64,000 bases of DNA from positions 1 to 64,000 of the forward strand of contig CAVYAN010000031.1 in the NCBI GenBank assembly GCA_963766075.1. The letters are read 5' to 3'. Every line of letters starts with the position of its first letter. Positions within the stretch are counted from its first letter, which is position 1. The notes under the pieces were generated by a model, which searched no databases, had not been told where the DNA came from, and was given only the letters and a program-made list of their open reading frames with translations. The position numbers and the translations under genes are program-made. This DNA comes from an uncultured cyanobacterium (lineage in GTDB: Bacteria; Cyanobacteriota; Cyanobacteriia; Leptolyngbyales; Leptolyngbyaceae). Below are positions 40,422 to 51,468 of the stretch, in pieces.

Positions 40422-41852
40422 TTAAAACGTGGACGACGTTTCCAGGTGAGCCAGTTCTAAACTGGCGCGAGCCTGCGATGGGTGCGGCTCCATAATTACC
40501 GCATCCAAGGCCACAACGCCGTCCATGTCGCTATCGATCGCCCGCGCCGCCTCCCAAGACAGATCCAAGTTGCGATCGCTGACATAGGGGCCGCGATCGT
40601 TGATGCGCACAATTACCGACTTGCCATTGCGCGGATTTGTCACTTTTAGATAAGTGTCGAAGGGCAAGGAGGGGTGCGCTGCTGTGAACCCATGCTGATT
40701 GAAAAAGTCTCCGGTGGCCGTTTGTCGTCCGTGGAAATAGGGGCCATACCAGGATGCTCGCAACTGGAGGCGCTCCGCCCCTTCCCGCAGGTCATAAAGC
40801 AAGCTCTGGGCGTAGGCTAGCTCCAACGGTGTCTTGCCCAACGCCAGCCGCAGGCGATTAATCCACTGAATGGTGAATTGATCGGCATTGCAGGTCCAGT
40901 TCTGGGCTAAATCTGGGGGCAGGGCAAACAGGAGGCGATCGCCCGCCTGACCAGCGGGCCTACCCTTTATGCGGGTGGGTTTGATCTGTTCGGCATCAAA
41001 GTTAGGATCTTGGAGGGCTTGTTCGATTTGGCGGGCAAACCCGTTGGCCAATACCGTGTTGGGCATTTGGACAATCGGTGTGTTGCCGATGTGAACCTGC
41101 GTAAATTGATTGGGCGCTGGATTCGATGCCCCCTGAATCGGCCCTTTGGCATTGTCCAGATCTCCAGCGGCGAGGGCGCAGGTTTGGAGATCGGGGGCGA
41201 TCGCCGTTTGCCAAGCACTGCCGGTGCGGTTCGGGCTGAGGCGGCTCGGGTCAATGCTGATGGAACGGATGGAACTGGCTTGTAGAGTGACCGGTGGATG
41301 TCCCCCTGTCCCCGGAGCGATCGTCGTCCCTGACCATACCGTAACCCCTGACCGCACCCAAGCCTGGGCCGAAGGGTGTGGCCATAACCGATTGAGAATG
41401 CTGGGCCACACAGCCTCCAGCCCGGACGGCAGCAAGAGGCCGGAGGGCCGGTAAGCCGCGATGGGCGCGACACCAGTGTCGCGAGGAGCCTGAGGAAAAT
41501 ATCGCAATCTCACCGACTGTCCGGAATTGGGGCGGGATGACACGAAAGAAATCTTAGAGCCTTCAGAACCCGCCCTTCTGGAAAGCGGCGCTCCGAAAAT
41601 TTGCTCTCTAGAAGTAAAGCTCTCGAATCGGCCACTTTCGGGGCGATCTGGAGGAACAGCTTTCCAGCCCGCTGCGTCTGTCCCCCTTGGGGGCGGTTCA
41701 TTGTCACACTCCTGGAGCAAATCCGGTGCTCCGGTGCGACTACAGCGGGAACTGACCTGCGATTGCGATCCCGCAGGCGGATCCGCCACTAAAAGCCAGG
41801 AACTCGTTCCCAGAGCTAGCCCAATAAATTTAGAAAAGTGCATGGACGCCAA
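40422..41852 (-). CDS. rlpA: RlpA-family (DPBB) septal lytic transglycosylase-like protein
   Basis: ASWYGPYFHGRQTATG, TAAHPSLPF, VRINDRGPY, LDLS. Confidence 0.8.
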   Translation of the reverse strand: MASMHFSKFIGLALGTSSWLLVADPPAGSQSQVSSRCSRTGAPDLLQECDNEPPPRGTDAAGWKAVPPDRPESGRFESFTSREQIFGAPLSRRAGSEGSKISFVSSRPNSGQSVRLRYFPQAPRDTGVAPIAAYRPSGLLLPSGLEAVWPSILNRLWPHPSAQAWVRSGVTVWSGTTIAPGTGGHPPVTLQASSIRSISIDPSRLSPNRTGSAWQTAIAPDLQTCALAAGDLDNAKGPIQGASNPAPNQFTQVHIGNTPIVQMPNTVLANGFARQIEQALQDPNFDAEQIKPTRIKGRPAGQAGDRLLFALPPDLAQNWTCNADQFTIQWINRLRLALGKTPLELAYAQSLLYDLREGAERLQLRASWYGPYFHGRQTATGDFFNQHGFTAAHPSLPFDTYLKVTNPRNGKSVIVRINDRGPYVSDRNLDLSWEAARAIDSDMDGVVALDAVIMEPHPSQARASLELAHLETSSTF

Positions 41853-42017
41853 CGTTTTTTGTATGAAGCACTACAAGTGCCTATAAAAAAACAATCCTAC
41901 ACCTTATTTTTTGTAGTTCTCAATACAGAATGTTCATCCGGTTGGAGTGGCATAACCGGGTGGGTTTAGTCATGCATGTGCTTAGAGTTACAGCTAAAAG
42001 CCGGATCCCGTCCAGCG

Positions 42018-42707
42018 TTAGGATTCTGTGACCATGCCAAAGCGATAGCCGCGCCCATAAACGGTGTGGATTAGGGGGGCGTCGGCGGCTTCGATCTTGC
42101 GGCGCAGGAGGCGAATCTGCGCCGCTAAGGCATTGCTGGTGGGCTGCTCGTCGCTGTTGCCCCACAGGTGCTGATGGATTTGCTCGTGGGTGAGTAACTG
42201 GTCGGGGTGCTGCATCAGATAGGCCAGTAATTGGGTCTCTTTCTCTGAGAGTTCGATCACGCGCTGATCCCGGTAGGCCCGCTGATTGGCGGTGTCGAGG
42301 GTCAGGGCTTCGGCGGTCAGGATAGGGGGAGCGGCAGAGGGCGATGACGGCGGACGGCGCAGCAAAGCCCGAACTCGGGCTAGCAGTTCGCGCAGCTCAA
42401 AGGGTTTGATTAGGTAGTCATCGGCTCCGGCATCTAAGCCTTCGACGCGATCGTCCAGGGTGTCTTTGGCCGTGAGAAAAAGGACGGGGGTACCGTTGCC
42501 CTGCGATCGCAACCGCTGACAAATTTCTAACCCAGAACACTGAGGCAACATCCAGTCCAGGATCAGTAAATCGTAGGGGCGGGCCTGTGCCAGTTCACTC
42601 CCCTGTCCACCATCGTAGGCAATATCGACCTCGTAGCCTTCGCGTTTGAGAATCCGACTGAGGGGATCAACCATTTCAAACTCATCGTCTACTAAGAGGA
42701 TCCGCAT
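42018..42707 (-). CDS. OmpR-family response regulator (RppA-like)
   Basis: MRILLVDDE, LDWMLP, LTAKD, GADDYLIKPF, HTVYGRGY. Confidence 0.85.
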   Translation of the reverse strand: MRILLVDDEFEMVDPLSRILKREGYEVDIAYDGGQGSELAQARPYDLLILDWMLPQCSGLEICQRLRSQGNGTPVLFLTAKDTLDDRVEGLDAGADDYLIKPFELRELLARVRALLRRPPSSPSAAPPILTAEALTLDTANQRAYRDQRVIELSEKETQLLAYLMQHPDQLLTHEQIHQHLWGNSDEQPTSNALAAQIRLLRRKIEAADAPLIHTVYGRGYRFGMVTES

Positions 42708-42711
42708 GGGC

Positions 42712-43071
42712 TTAATCCAGGCCCAGTTTTTCGCGCAGGATGGCTTCTGGGTCCCGGAAGCCCACAAGGACGGCTTGGCCCGCTTTGACAAAGACGGGCC
42801 GCTTCAGGAGCATGGCATCCTGAACGAAGGCGGCAATCCAATCGGCATCGCCCCAGGTTTGCTTGACATCCCCCAGCGCCCGGTAGGACTGGCCAGACGT
42901 ATTGCGGAGAGGCAATGCCCCTAGGGCGGCTACCCAGGCTTGCACCATGGCAACGGTGGGGGGATGCTCCTTGGTGTTGATGAATTCGTAGGGGACAGCA
43001 TGGCTGTCTAGCCATTGCATTGCTTTTTTGCAGGTGCCACAGGTGGGAATTCCGTAGACTTGAATCGCCAT
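42712..43071 (-). CDS. ArsC/Spx family thioredoxin-fold protein
   Basis: YGIPTCGTCKKA, NTSGQSYR, LLKRP. Confidence 0.85.
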   Translation of the reverse strand: MAIQVYGIPTCGTCKKAMQWLDSHAVPYEFINTKEHPPTVAMVQAWVAALGALPLRNTSGQSYRALGDVKQTWGDADWIAAFVQDAMLLKRPVFVKAGQAVLVGFRDPEAILREKLGLD

Positions 43072-43647
43072 AATCCGCAGGGTGCTCAGTGAAAGAGTGC
43101 TCAGTGAAGGAATGCTCAGTGAAGATAAGGAGTGCAGGAATCTTTCCGAGAAGAGATGCTTTAGGGGAAGAGATGCTTCAGGGGAAGAGTGCTGGCTAAA
43201 AAAGGGCAGCGAGCCAATCAGCAGGGCAGCGAGCGCAGGGGGGATCTTGGGGGCAGATGTGCCAAAACCGCAGCCAAATTGAAGACTGACACAATGGATC
43301 GTAGCCTCGCAGGTGCTGAGACCCTTGGTTTACTGTAATCGGGCGATCGCACCGTCCTTAGCCAGCCGACAAACTGACCCTTTGACTGTGCCAGTTGCGA
43401 TCGCAATCCCGATATTATATCCGTAGTTCAAGCATTCAATGTGCATGCATCAGGGGTTTCTACGCAAGCAGCTTAGGGTGGTTTACCGATAATCATGTTC
43501 CGCATCAGGGTGTCTACTTTTTTGGTTTACTTTGGTACTCCGGTTGGCCGATCAACAGGCGCATCGTCGGCACAGGGGAAGATTTTTCGGCGCTAAAGTG
43601 GTAGAAGTGAAGGTGGTAGAAGAAATGCCCCCTTTTAGATAGCTGCC

Positions 43648-46600
43648 ATGTTAGATGCTCCTACATCCATTGACCCCTTGGATATTGACCAACCGCGCCA
43701 ACAGGTTGTGGATGCCTATCAGGCACTATCTTCCCTAGAGCAATGGATTGTCCAGCTCTATTCGGTAATTTACGAGCCCATCAGTCGCGCTTCAATGGTG
43801 GCTTGTTTGAATCATGCAGGCATCCATGATCAAGCCGGTAAACCGTTTACCCAGCAGACGTTTAAGCCGGTGTGCGATCGCCTAGTCAAGCTGGACGTCG
43901 TGCTGCAAAGCGGGGGCCAAGGGGCACAATGCAACTCTCTGCTGGTAGAAATCGCCACCCGCGATGCGGTGCAGCTCAAACGGTTTGGGCCCTTGGTCAC
44001 CGTTGTCCATGCCAAGCTGCCCGTGCCGCAGCGCTATCAGGGTGGGCCGCGCTATTTCACCAATGATTTTCAACTGATTCGGGAAATGCGGATTGGGATT
44101 TATCGCCATGATCCCAAATATGTTTTCCGGCAAATTGAAGAATATGGGCAATCCAATTATTTAAGTGACAAGCTTTCGATCTCGGAAGTTTTTCATTTGG
44201 TTTGCAATAATCCCTTTGATGCGGCTTGGGTGCGGACGTTGCCCCTGGAGTTGTACACCTTGGCTTTTTCGAGTATTCTGGACGACTCGATGCTGTACTT
44301 GGTGCCCGCGTCCTCCGTCTTGACGACGCTGGTGGAAGACTGTGCCACTGCTGAAAAAGCCACGGATATGCAACAAATTTTGCTAGTGGAGCAATTAATG
44401 ATGCGGGGCAAGTTGCCTGAGGCGCAGCAGGCTTTGCAGCGGGTTTCGGATCTCAGCCACACTCAGGTCGGGCCTTTGATGGGCGCGATCGCCTTTTTTC
44501 AGGGCCGGGATGAAGAGGCGATCGCCCAGTACACCAGTGCTCTGCAAGTGCTGAGAAAGTCATCGGGGAAACGCAAGGTCTATTTTCAGTCGATTGCGGG
44601 CCTGTTTTTTGTGTTGGCCTTGATTGGCCGCGGTGCTGGAAACGCCCCAGATGCGAAGCGGCTGACGGAAGCGGTGGAATATGCCAGCATCATGCGGCAG
44701 TCGCGGCATTGGCTGAGTTCGCTCTACAGTCTGCTGGAGTCTCTGGCCAAGTTCTACCAAGGCGATCTAACTCAGAAAAATTACATCGTGGGCGGGGCGA
44801 TCCATGGCAGTCAGCAAAGCTTAGAGGTGCTGCTGCGGGCGCTGTGTTTCTACTGGGTGGATGCCGAGCATGCCAAAAAAGCCCTGCCCAAAATGCTGGA
44901 AGCCTACAGTCAGCAGGCGACGGTAGCGGGCTATGACTGGTTAGCGATGGCGGCGGCGGCGCTGTTGGCGCGGCTCAAGCCCCGCAGTCCCCTGGGAGAG
45001 CAGGCCGCCACCTGGCACCAGCGGACGGGAATTCGCCCCCTTGTGGACTTAGTGCAGCGGCAGGAGTCTTGGGAAGTGTGCTTGACGGCGCTGACCCGCA
45101 TGAATAAGGATGTGTCGGCGATCGCTAAAACTCCGAATAGCCAGCGATTGGCGTGGTTTTTGACCTTCTATTCCACCCACAATTATCTGATTGAACCCCG
45201 GGAACAAAAAATTAGTGCCCAGGGTACCTGGAGCAAGGGCCGCCCCATTGCCCTGAAGCGGCTCAAAAAGCCGGGAGATTTTGATTACTTAACGCCCCAG
45301 GATTTGCGGGTGTGTGCTGAGTTAGAGCAGGAGCCGAACTATGGCTATTACGGCAGTTCTAACGCCTACAGCTTTGGGGACAAGGCGATCGTGGCCCTGA
45401 TTGGTCATCCCCTGGTGTTTTGGGAAAACGCCCCCACCACGCGCGTGGATATTGTGAAGGGCGAGCCGGAACTGCTGGTCAAAAAAAGTAAGGAGAATAC
45501 CCTAACTCTCCAATTTGTGCCGGATTTGAAAGACAATCAAGCCATTCTGGTGGTGAAGGAAAGTCCCACCCGCTTGAAGGTGCTGGAAATTACCCTGGAA
45601 CACCGCCGCATTGCCGAGATTCTGGGTAAGCAGAATCGCTTGGAGGTGCCCACGGTGGCGAAAGACCGCGTGCTGGCGGCGATTAATGCCATTTCCAGCA
45701 TTGTGACGGTCCATTCCGACATCGGTGGCGGTGGAGCGAATGCCGAAGAGGTGCCTGCCGATTCAAAGCCCCATGTGCATTTGCTTCCCGCGGGCACGGG
45801 GCTGAAGGTGGCGGTCCTGGCCCGTCCCTTTGTCCAGGATGGTCCCTACTATGCTCCGGGTGCAGGCGGAGAAACGGTGATTGCCGAAATTGGCGGCAAG
45901 CGGCTGCAAACCACGCGCAATCTCAAGGAGGAAAAACAGTTGGCCAAGGCGGCGATCGCGGCCTGTCCCACGCTGGCTGACTATGAATCCCCCGATGGAG
46001 AATGGCTGATAGAAGATCCGGAAGGCTGTCTGGAGTTATTAACGGAACTGCAAGCCTTGGAGGACAGCATCGTTCTGGAATGGCCAGAAGGCGAAAAGAT
46101 GCGGATTAGCCATCGGGCCGGTCTCCAAAATTTTAGTATGCGAATTCAACGCCAAAATGATTGGTTTGAAACCAGCGGCCAAATTCAACTGGATGACGAT
46201 GTCGTCCTCGATATGCAACGCCTTATGGAGCTGATGGGAGAAACCTCCAGTCGGTTTGTGCCCTTGGGCGACGGGCAGTTTCTCGCGCTAACGGAGGAGT
46301 TTCGCAAACGGTTGGATGAGCTGCGGGCCTTCTCGGAAAAATCGGGTAAAGGTCGGCGCGTTAATCCCCTAGCGGCCTTGGCATTGGAAGATTGGATCGA
46401 TGAAGTGGGCGAGTTGAAAGCAGATAAGCACTGGAAAGCCCATCTGCAACGCCTCAAAGAAGCCCAGACTTTAGAACCTCAGTTGCCCTCTACCTTGCAA
46501 GCCGAATTACGGGACTATCAAGTTGATGGGTTTAATTGGCTGGCTCGCTTGGCGCACTGGGGGGTGGGGGCTTGTCTGGCGGACGATATGGGCCTGGGCA

Positions 46601-47883
46601 AAACATTGCAGGCGTTGGCCTTGATTTTGACCCGTGCCCCCCAGGGGCCAACGTTGATTATTGCGCCGACTTCGGTGGGTATGAATTGGGTGAGTGAGGC
46701 TCAGCGCTTTGCACCGACGTTGAATCCGATCCAATTCAGCACGAGTAATCGCCAACAGTTGTTAGATGGTTTGCGACCCTTTGACCTGTTGGTTTGTAGC
46801 TATGGACTGTTGCAGCAGGAAGAAGTGGCGGAGATGCTGGCCCAGGTGAGATGGCAAACCATTGTGCTAGATGAGGCGCAATCGATTAAAAACTTTGCAA
46901 CGAAGCGATCGCAAGCTGCCATGAATCTGCAAGGGGACTTCAAAATCCTTACCACGGGCACCCCGATTGAGAATCATCTGGGAGAACTCTGGAATTTATT
47001 TCGCTTTATCAATCCCGGCTTGCTCAGTTCCCTGGAAAATTTCAACCAGAATTTTGCTACTCCCATTGAAAAGTATGGGGATACCGCTGCCCGGAATCAG
47101 TTGAAGAAGTTAATTCAACCTTTTATCCTGCGCCGTACCAAGAACCAAGTGCTGGCAGAATTGCCCTCACGCACCGAAATCCTGCTGCAAGTTGAACTCA
47201 GCTCTGAGGAAATGGCCTTTTACGAAGCCCTGCGACGGGAAGCGATGGCTAAACTGGCCGATTCCGATGTGGCAGGCGGAGCCAAGCATTTGCAGGTATT
47301 GGCCGAGATTATGCGCCTGCGGCGGGCCTGTTGCAATCCCAAACTGGTGAAGCCAGAACTAGCACTGCCCAGTGCCAAGCTGCATTTGTTTGGTGAAGTG
47401 TTGATGGAGTTGCTGGCCAACCGCCACAAGGCGCTCGTGTTTAGCCAGTTTGTTGATCATTTGCAGATTTTGCGGGAGTATTTGGATCAGCAGAAGATTG
47501 CCTATCAATACCTGGATGGCAGCACGCCAGCCCCCCAGCGGAAGAAGCGGGTAGAGGCGTTTCAGGCCGGGGAGGGCGATGTGTTTTTAATTAGCCTGAA
47601 GGCGGGCGGCACTGGATTGAATTTGACGGCGGCGGATTATGTGATTCACATGGATCCCTGGTGGAATCCGGCGGTGGAGGATCAGGCCAGCGATCGCGCC
47701 CACCGCATGGGCCAGAAGCGCCCTGTAACGATCTATCGCCTAGTCGCTAAGAACACTATTGAGGAAAAGATCGTCGAGTTGCACCGCCATAAGCGCGACC
47801 TCGCCGACAGCTTGCTGGAAGGGGCAGAAATGAGTGGCAAGATTTCCACCGATGACCTGTTGCGGTTAATTCAGGATGTGTAG
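43648..47883 (+). CDS. SNF2-family helicase/ATPase with a long N-terminal region
   Basis: LADDMGLGKT, DEAQ, TGTPIEN, LVFSQF, SLKAGGTGLNL, QASDRAHRMGQ. Confidence 0.92.
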   Translation: MLDAPTSIDPLDIDQPRQQVVDAYQALSSLEQWIVQLYSVIYEPISRASMVACLNHAGIHDQAGKPFTQQTFKPVCDRLVKLDVVLQSGGQGAQCNSLLVEIATRDAVQLKRFGPLVTVVHAKLPVPQRYQGGPRYFTNDFQLIREMRIGIYRHDPKYVFRQIEEYGQSNYLSDKLSISEVFHLVCNNPFDAAWVRTLPLELYTLAFSSILDDSMLYLVPASSVLTTLVEDCATAEKATDMQQILLVEQLMMRGKLPEAQQALQRVSDLSHTQVGPLMGAIAFFQGRDEEAIAQYTSALQVLRKSSGKRKVYFQSIAGLFFVLALIGRGAGNAPDAKRLTEAVEYASIMRQSRHWLSSLYSLLESLAKFYQGDLTQKNYIVGGAIHGSQQSLEVLLRALCFYWVDAEHAKKALPKMLEAYSQQATVAGYDWLAMAAAALLARLKPRSPLGEQAATWHQRTGIRPLVDLVQRQESWEVCLTALTRMNKDVSAIAKTPNSQRLAWFLTFYSTHNYLIEPREQKISAQGTWSKGRPIALKRLKKPGDFDYLTPQDLRVCAELEQEPNYGYYGSSNAYSFGDKAIVALIGHPLVFWENAPTTRVDIVKGEPELLVKKSKENTLTLQFVPDLKDNQAILVVKESPTRLKVLEITLEHRRIAEILGKQNRLEVPTVAKDRVLAAINAISSIVTVHSDIGGGGANAEEVPADSKPHVHLLPAGTGLKVAVLARPFVQDGPYYAPGAGGETVIAEIGGKRLQTTRNLKEEKQLAKAAIAACPTLADYESPDGEWLIEDPEGCLELLTELQALEDSIVLEWPEGEKMRISHRAGLQNFSMRIQRQNDWFETSGQIQLDDDVVLDMQRLMELMGETSSRFVPLGDGQFLALTEEFRKRLDELRAFSEKSGKGRRVNPLAALALEDWIDEVGELKADKHWKAHLQRLKEAQTLEPQLPSTLQAELRDYQVDGFNWLARLAHWGVGACLADDMGLGKTLQALALILTRAPQGPTLIIAPTSVGMNWVSEAQRFAPTLNPIQFSTSNRQQLLDGLRPFDLLVCSYGLLQQEEVAEMLAQVRWQTIVLDEAQSIKNFATKRSQAAMNLQGDFKILTTGTPIENHLGELWNLFRFINPGLLSSLENFNQNFATPIEKYGDTAARNQLKKLIQPFILRRTKNQVLAELPSRTEILLQVELSSEEMAFYEALRREAMAKLADSDVAGGAKHLQVLAEIMRLRRACCNPKLVKPELALPSAKLHLFGEVLMELLANRHKALVFSQFVDHLQILREYLDQQKIAYQYLDGSTPAPQRKKRVEAFQAGEGDVFLISLKAGGTGLNLTAADYVIHMDPWWNPAVEDQASDRAHRMGQKRPVTIYRLVAKNTIEEKIVELHRHKRDLADSLLEGAEMSGKISTDDLLRLIQDV

Positions 47884-47930
47884 GGTTTGCCTCGTCCCAA
47901 GTTCTTGTCTCCGTTTCAGGGTTTGCCATC

Positions 47931-48953
47931 ATGTTAGACGCCTTGCCTCCGCCCTCTCGGCAGGACATTCCTGTAGCCTGGGAGCTTTTAGCCGGAGTCC
48001 GGTTTGTCCTCGCTCTCATTGTGGCCTGTGACCATTTAAGTGATTTCGTCCCCAGTACCGACGTTCTGCTAGTTGTTAAAGCATGCATTGGGGGTTTCCC
48101 CGCCGTGATGGGCTTTTTACTGCTTTCTGGCTTTGCCATGGCCCATTCCATTACCCGCAATCCCAAAGGCTTTTACCAGCGCCGCCTACTGCGGATTTAT
48201 CCCCTCTATTTAGTAGCGATCGGGGTGTCATTGCTGCCGTTTTTATGGGCAGGATCGGTGATTCCGTCTCCCGTCACTAACCAAGTCTGGCTCCAGCCCA
48301 CGGCATCCAATCTGTTAGGGAATGCCCTATTTTTGCAAACGTTTCTGGTTTTACAACTCACGTCTAACGGGATTACTTGGACGTTAGGGATCGAGGCATT
48401 TTGCTATGCCATCACGCCATTTTTGGTGAAATTATCCCATCGCACGCTGCTGTTGCTGCTGGGACTTTCTGCGCTGCTGTTTGCGGCACAGCCCCTAGTA
48501 TCACTTCCTTACACCGCGATTTCAAGCATGCGACACGGTATCCCCCTACTCTTTCTTGCTTGGGTTTGGCTCTTGGGGTTTATTTATTTTCTGCAAGCCA
48601 AGGCGCTCTTTGCGCCGCCCTTGGTCATTGGCTTGGGGTGCTTGCTGCTGAGTTTGAATAATCTGGTCTACGATCACCGGAAACTTTCGTTGCTGGTTTA
48701 TGTGCTGACGGCCTTGGCGTTGATCTACGGAACTGCCGTCCCCTTGCCGCGGTGGTTAGCACGGCTGTGCCAGTATTTGGGCAATCTATCCTACCCACTC
48801 TACCTGTTTCATTTTCCAGCATTTTTATTGGCGTATCTGGGGCTGGGAACCCAAAATTCCGGGGTGCTGCTGGGGGCCGCCCTGATGGTTTCTGCGGGCT
48901 TTTATCACGCCGTGGATGTGCCCGTACAACGGTATTTCCGCAGCAGGCGCTAA
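47931..48953 (+). CDS. Acyltransferase-3 (OafA-like) membrane protein
   Basis: F.LLSGF, FYQRRLLRIYP, TWTLGIE, LGNLSYPLYLFH. Confidence 0.85.
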   Translation: MLDALPPPSRQDIPVAWELLAGVRFVLALIVACDHLSDFVPSTDVLLVVKACIGGFPAVMGFLLLSGFAMAHSITRNPKGFYQRRLLRIYPLYLVAIGVSLLPFLWAGSVIPSPVTNQVWLQPTASNLLGNALFLQTFLVLQLTSNGITWTLGIEAFCYAITPFLVKLSHRTLLLLLGLSALLFAAQPLVSLPYTAISSMRHGIPLLFLAWVWLLGFIYFLQAKALFAPPLVIGLGCLLLSLNNLVYDHRKLSLLVYVLTALALIYGTAVPLPRWLARLCQYLGNLSYPLYLFHFPAFLLAYLGLGTQNSGVLLGAALMVSAGFYHAVDVPVQRYFRSRR

Positions 48954-49116
48954 GCGGTTGTCCGGAGGCTTGATGAGGCATCCTGTCTGGAGGATTAGTG
49001 CGTAATACCGCCTAAGTTTAGACTATCATCACATCGGGGCGGGACTTTACAACCGCCGATCCCACCGACTCCGTTTTCCCGTCCCAAAAGCGTCATTATC
49101 TTTGCCTGAATTTCCT

Positions 49117-49488
49117 ATGGACTCTGCCACTGAATTTCTCACTCGAGATGAATGCGCCGCTGTTGATCAGGCATTGCTGACGGCGCGGGAAAAATTTTCG
49201 GCGCGAGTGGCGATTTATGCGCTGCGATCGCTCAAACAAATCGCCCTTCAGGAAAATATCTCCGTCGATGGTCTGCAAACCTATCAAATCGTGGAATGGA
49301 TCAATCAGGATGCCAGTTTGCAGCAAGGCCCGGACGATGAATTCAAGCGCTTCTTTGCCCAATTGGTCAACTCTTCCCGCATGCCGCTCAATCACGTTGC
49401 CCAGGAAGCCCAAGCTCGGGTTGAAGACCTGACTGTGGCCCAGGTGATCGCGTGGTTTGAGCAGAAGTCAAAGCAGAAATTTTCTTAG
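49117..49488 (+). CDS. Conserved cyanobacterial hypothetical protein
   Basis: ECAAVDQALLTAREKFSARVAIYALRSL; coherent ORF. Confidence 0.65.
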   Translation: MDSATEFLTRDECAAVDQALLTAREKFSARVAIYALRSLKQIALQENISVDGLQTYQIVEWINQDASLQQGPDDEFKRFFAQLVNSSRMPLNHVAQEAQARVEDLTVAQVIAWFEQKSKQKFS

Positions 49489-49535
49489 CCAGAATTTTTT
49501 GACCCAGAATTTTTTGACCCAGGAGCATCTCCGTT

Positions 49536-51389
49536 GTGACTCAGCGTCGGATTTTGCCGCAGTGGCAGGCATTCCCATGGACACCCCAGTTCCATTCACA
49601 CGTCAAGCCTCTAATTAAAATTGTGCTGATCGGCTGGTTTGGGTTACTGCTGGCCGTCGTCCTGCTGTGGCGGGTTGGTAGCATTGGCCTTATCGATGAA
49701 ACCGAACCGCTGTTTGTGGAAGCGGCCCGTCAGATGGCGATCACGGGGGATTGGGTGACACCTTTTTTCAATTTAGAGCCCCGGTTCGACAAGCCCCCGT
49801 TGATCTATTGGCTGATGGTGCTGGCCTTTAAGCTGTTTGGCGTCAGTGAATGGGCGGCGCGATCGCCCTCTATCCTGGCTGCGATCGTGATCACGGGTGG
49901 GGTGTTTTATACCGTCTATCAGACTCAGAAAGCCCAATCGCCTCGCTTTTCTCCACCCCTCGCCGCCACGGCCAACCCAAGTCCGTCCGTTGCCGAGGCG
50001 GCTCTCGGAGGGGCCTCTCGTCCCTGGTTTCCCATGGCCTTGCTCCCCGCCGGACTGGCCGCCACCCTCCTCCTGGTCAATCCCAACACCTTCTTTTGGG
50101 GACGCACCGGCTATTCAGATATGCTGCTCAATGCCTGCATTGGGGCCGCGATGTTGGCGTTTTTCCAGGGCTATCGGGCATTAGAACAGCGGCAACAAGG
50201 GCGGTGGTATTTGGCTTTCTACGGATGTGTCGCCTTAGCAGTGCTCACCAAAGGGCCAATTGGTATCGTGCTGCCGGGATTGGGCATTGGCTTATTTGGG
50301 CTGTACTTGGGCAATGGCTGGGCATTGCTGCGGGAATTGCGCCTTTGGAAGGGATTGGCCTTGGTTTTGGGTATTGCCCTCCCCTGGTACATTGGTATGA
50401 CCCTGATCCATGGGGAAGCCTTTATTAACTCGTTTTTCGGCTATCACAATGCCGAACGGTTTACGCGGGCAGTGAATGCCCATGCTGGCCCCTGGTATTT
50501 TCATGCGGTGGTGATTTTGGTGGGGGGGTTGCCTTGGTCGGTGTATTTGCCAGCGGCGATCGCCCGCCTGAAACCACTGCACCGAGATTATTGGCGGACT
50601 CAGCCACAATCGCAGCAGTTGGGCCTATTCGCCCTTTGCTGGTTTGTCAGCATTTTGGGATTCTTTACCGTTGCCACAACCAAGTACTTTAGTTACACCT
50701 TACCGTTGATGCCAGCCGCAGCAATTCTAGTCGCACTGCTCTGGTCGGACTATGTGACTCAACCCGAACTGCGTCAAGGGCTAGGTTTTCGCCTCAGTGG
50801 CGGCGTCAGTGCTGTCCTCTTTGGCGCGCTAGCGGTGGCCTTGGCGTATTGTCCTGCGTGGCTCAACCATGATCCCTGGATGCCCCATTTGGGCGATCGC
50901 CTACAGGCGTCGGGATTGCCCCTGCTGGGTGCAGCCCTTTGGGCGATCATGTCCATCATCCTCGCCGTTTTGGTGTGGCGGCAGGATCGCCGATTTTGGA
51001 TTGGGGCGATTAGCGGCTTTTTGGCCTTCTTGCTGCTGGTGATTCATCCAGCCCTTAGCATTGCCGATGCCGAACGCCAACTCCCCCTGCGCCAACTGGC
51101 CCAAACAGCCCTACAGGTGGAACGTCCGGGGGAAGATCTGATCATGGTGGGCTTCAAAAAGCCCAGTTTGGTCTTTTACACCGGCCAACCGGTGATCTAC
51201 CTTCGATCCCCTGAGGCGATCGCCTCCCGGCTTCAGACCTTGGCCGCAGCGGGCAAATCAACCGCCTTGCTGATTGCAGCCCGCAAGCCACTCCATCAAA
51301 CCCATTTGTCCCCCAGTCGCTATCAAGAACTCGGACAATTTGGTGTCTACAAACTCCTGCGCGTCTCCACCCAGGAAACCGCGCTTTAG
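49536..51389 (+). CDS. ArnT/PMT-family (GT83/GT39) membrane glycosyltransferase
   Basis: DETEPLFVEAARQM, RFDKPPLIYW, LTKGP, multiple TM segments. Confidence 0.88.
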   Translation: MTQRRILPQWQAFPWTPQFHSHVKPLIKIVLIGWFGLLLAVVLLWRVGSIGLIDETEPLFVEAARQMAITGDWVTPFFNLEPRFDKPPLIYWLMVLAFKLFGVSEWAARSPSILAAIVITGGVFYTVYQTQKAQSPRFSPPLAATANPSPSVAEAALGGASRPWFPMALLPAGLAATLLLVNPNTFFWGRTGYSDMLLNACIGAAMLAFFQGYRALEQRQQGRWYLAFYGCVALAVLTKGPIGIVLPGLGIGLFGLYLGNGWALLRELRLWKGLALVLGIALPWYIGMTLIHGEAFINSFFGYHNAERFTRAVNAHAGPWYFHAVVILVGGLPWSVYLPAAIARLKPLHRDYWRTQPQSQQLGLFALCWFVSILGFFTVATTKYFSYTLPLMPAAAILVALLWSDYVTQPELRQGLGFRLSGGVSAVLFGALAVALAYCPAWLNHDPWMPHLGDRLQASGLPLLGAALWAIMSIILAVLVWRQDRRFWIGAISGFLAFLLLVIHPALSIADAERQLPLRQLAQTALQVERPGEDLIMVGFKKPSLVFYTGQPVIYLRSPEAIASRLQTLAAAGKSTALLIAARKPLHQTHLSPSRYQELGQFGVYKLLRVSTQETAL

Positions 51390-51468
51390 CGTTGGGATAG
51401 CGATTGCACGACACTAATCGCACGACACTAATCGCACGACAATGCTAGAGGATTTTGGCAGGACTGAC

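Noticed and set aside
15811..42707. Three response regulators without adjacent kinases
   Set aside because: Orphan two-component genes are normal in cyanobacteria
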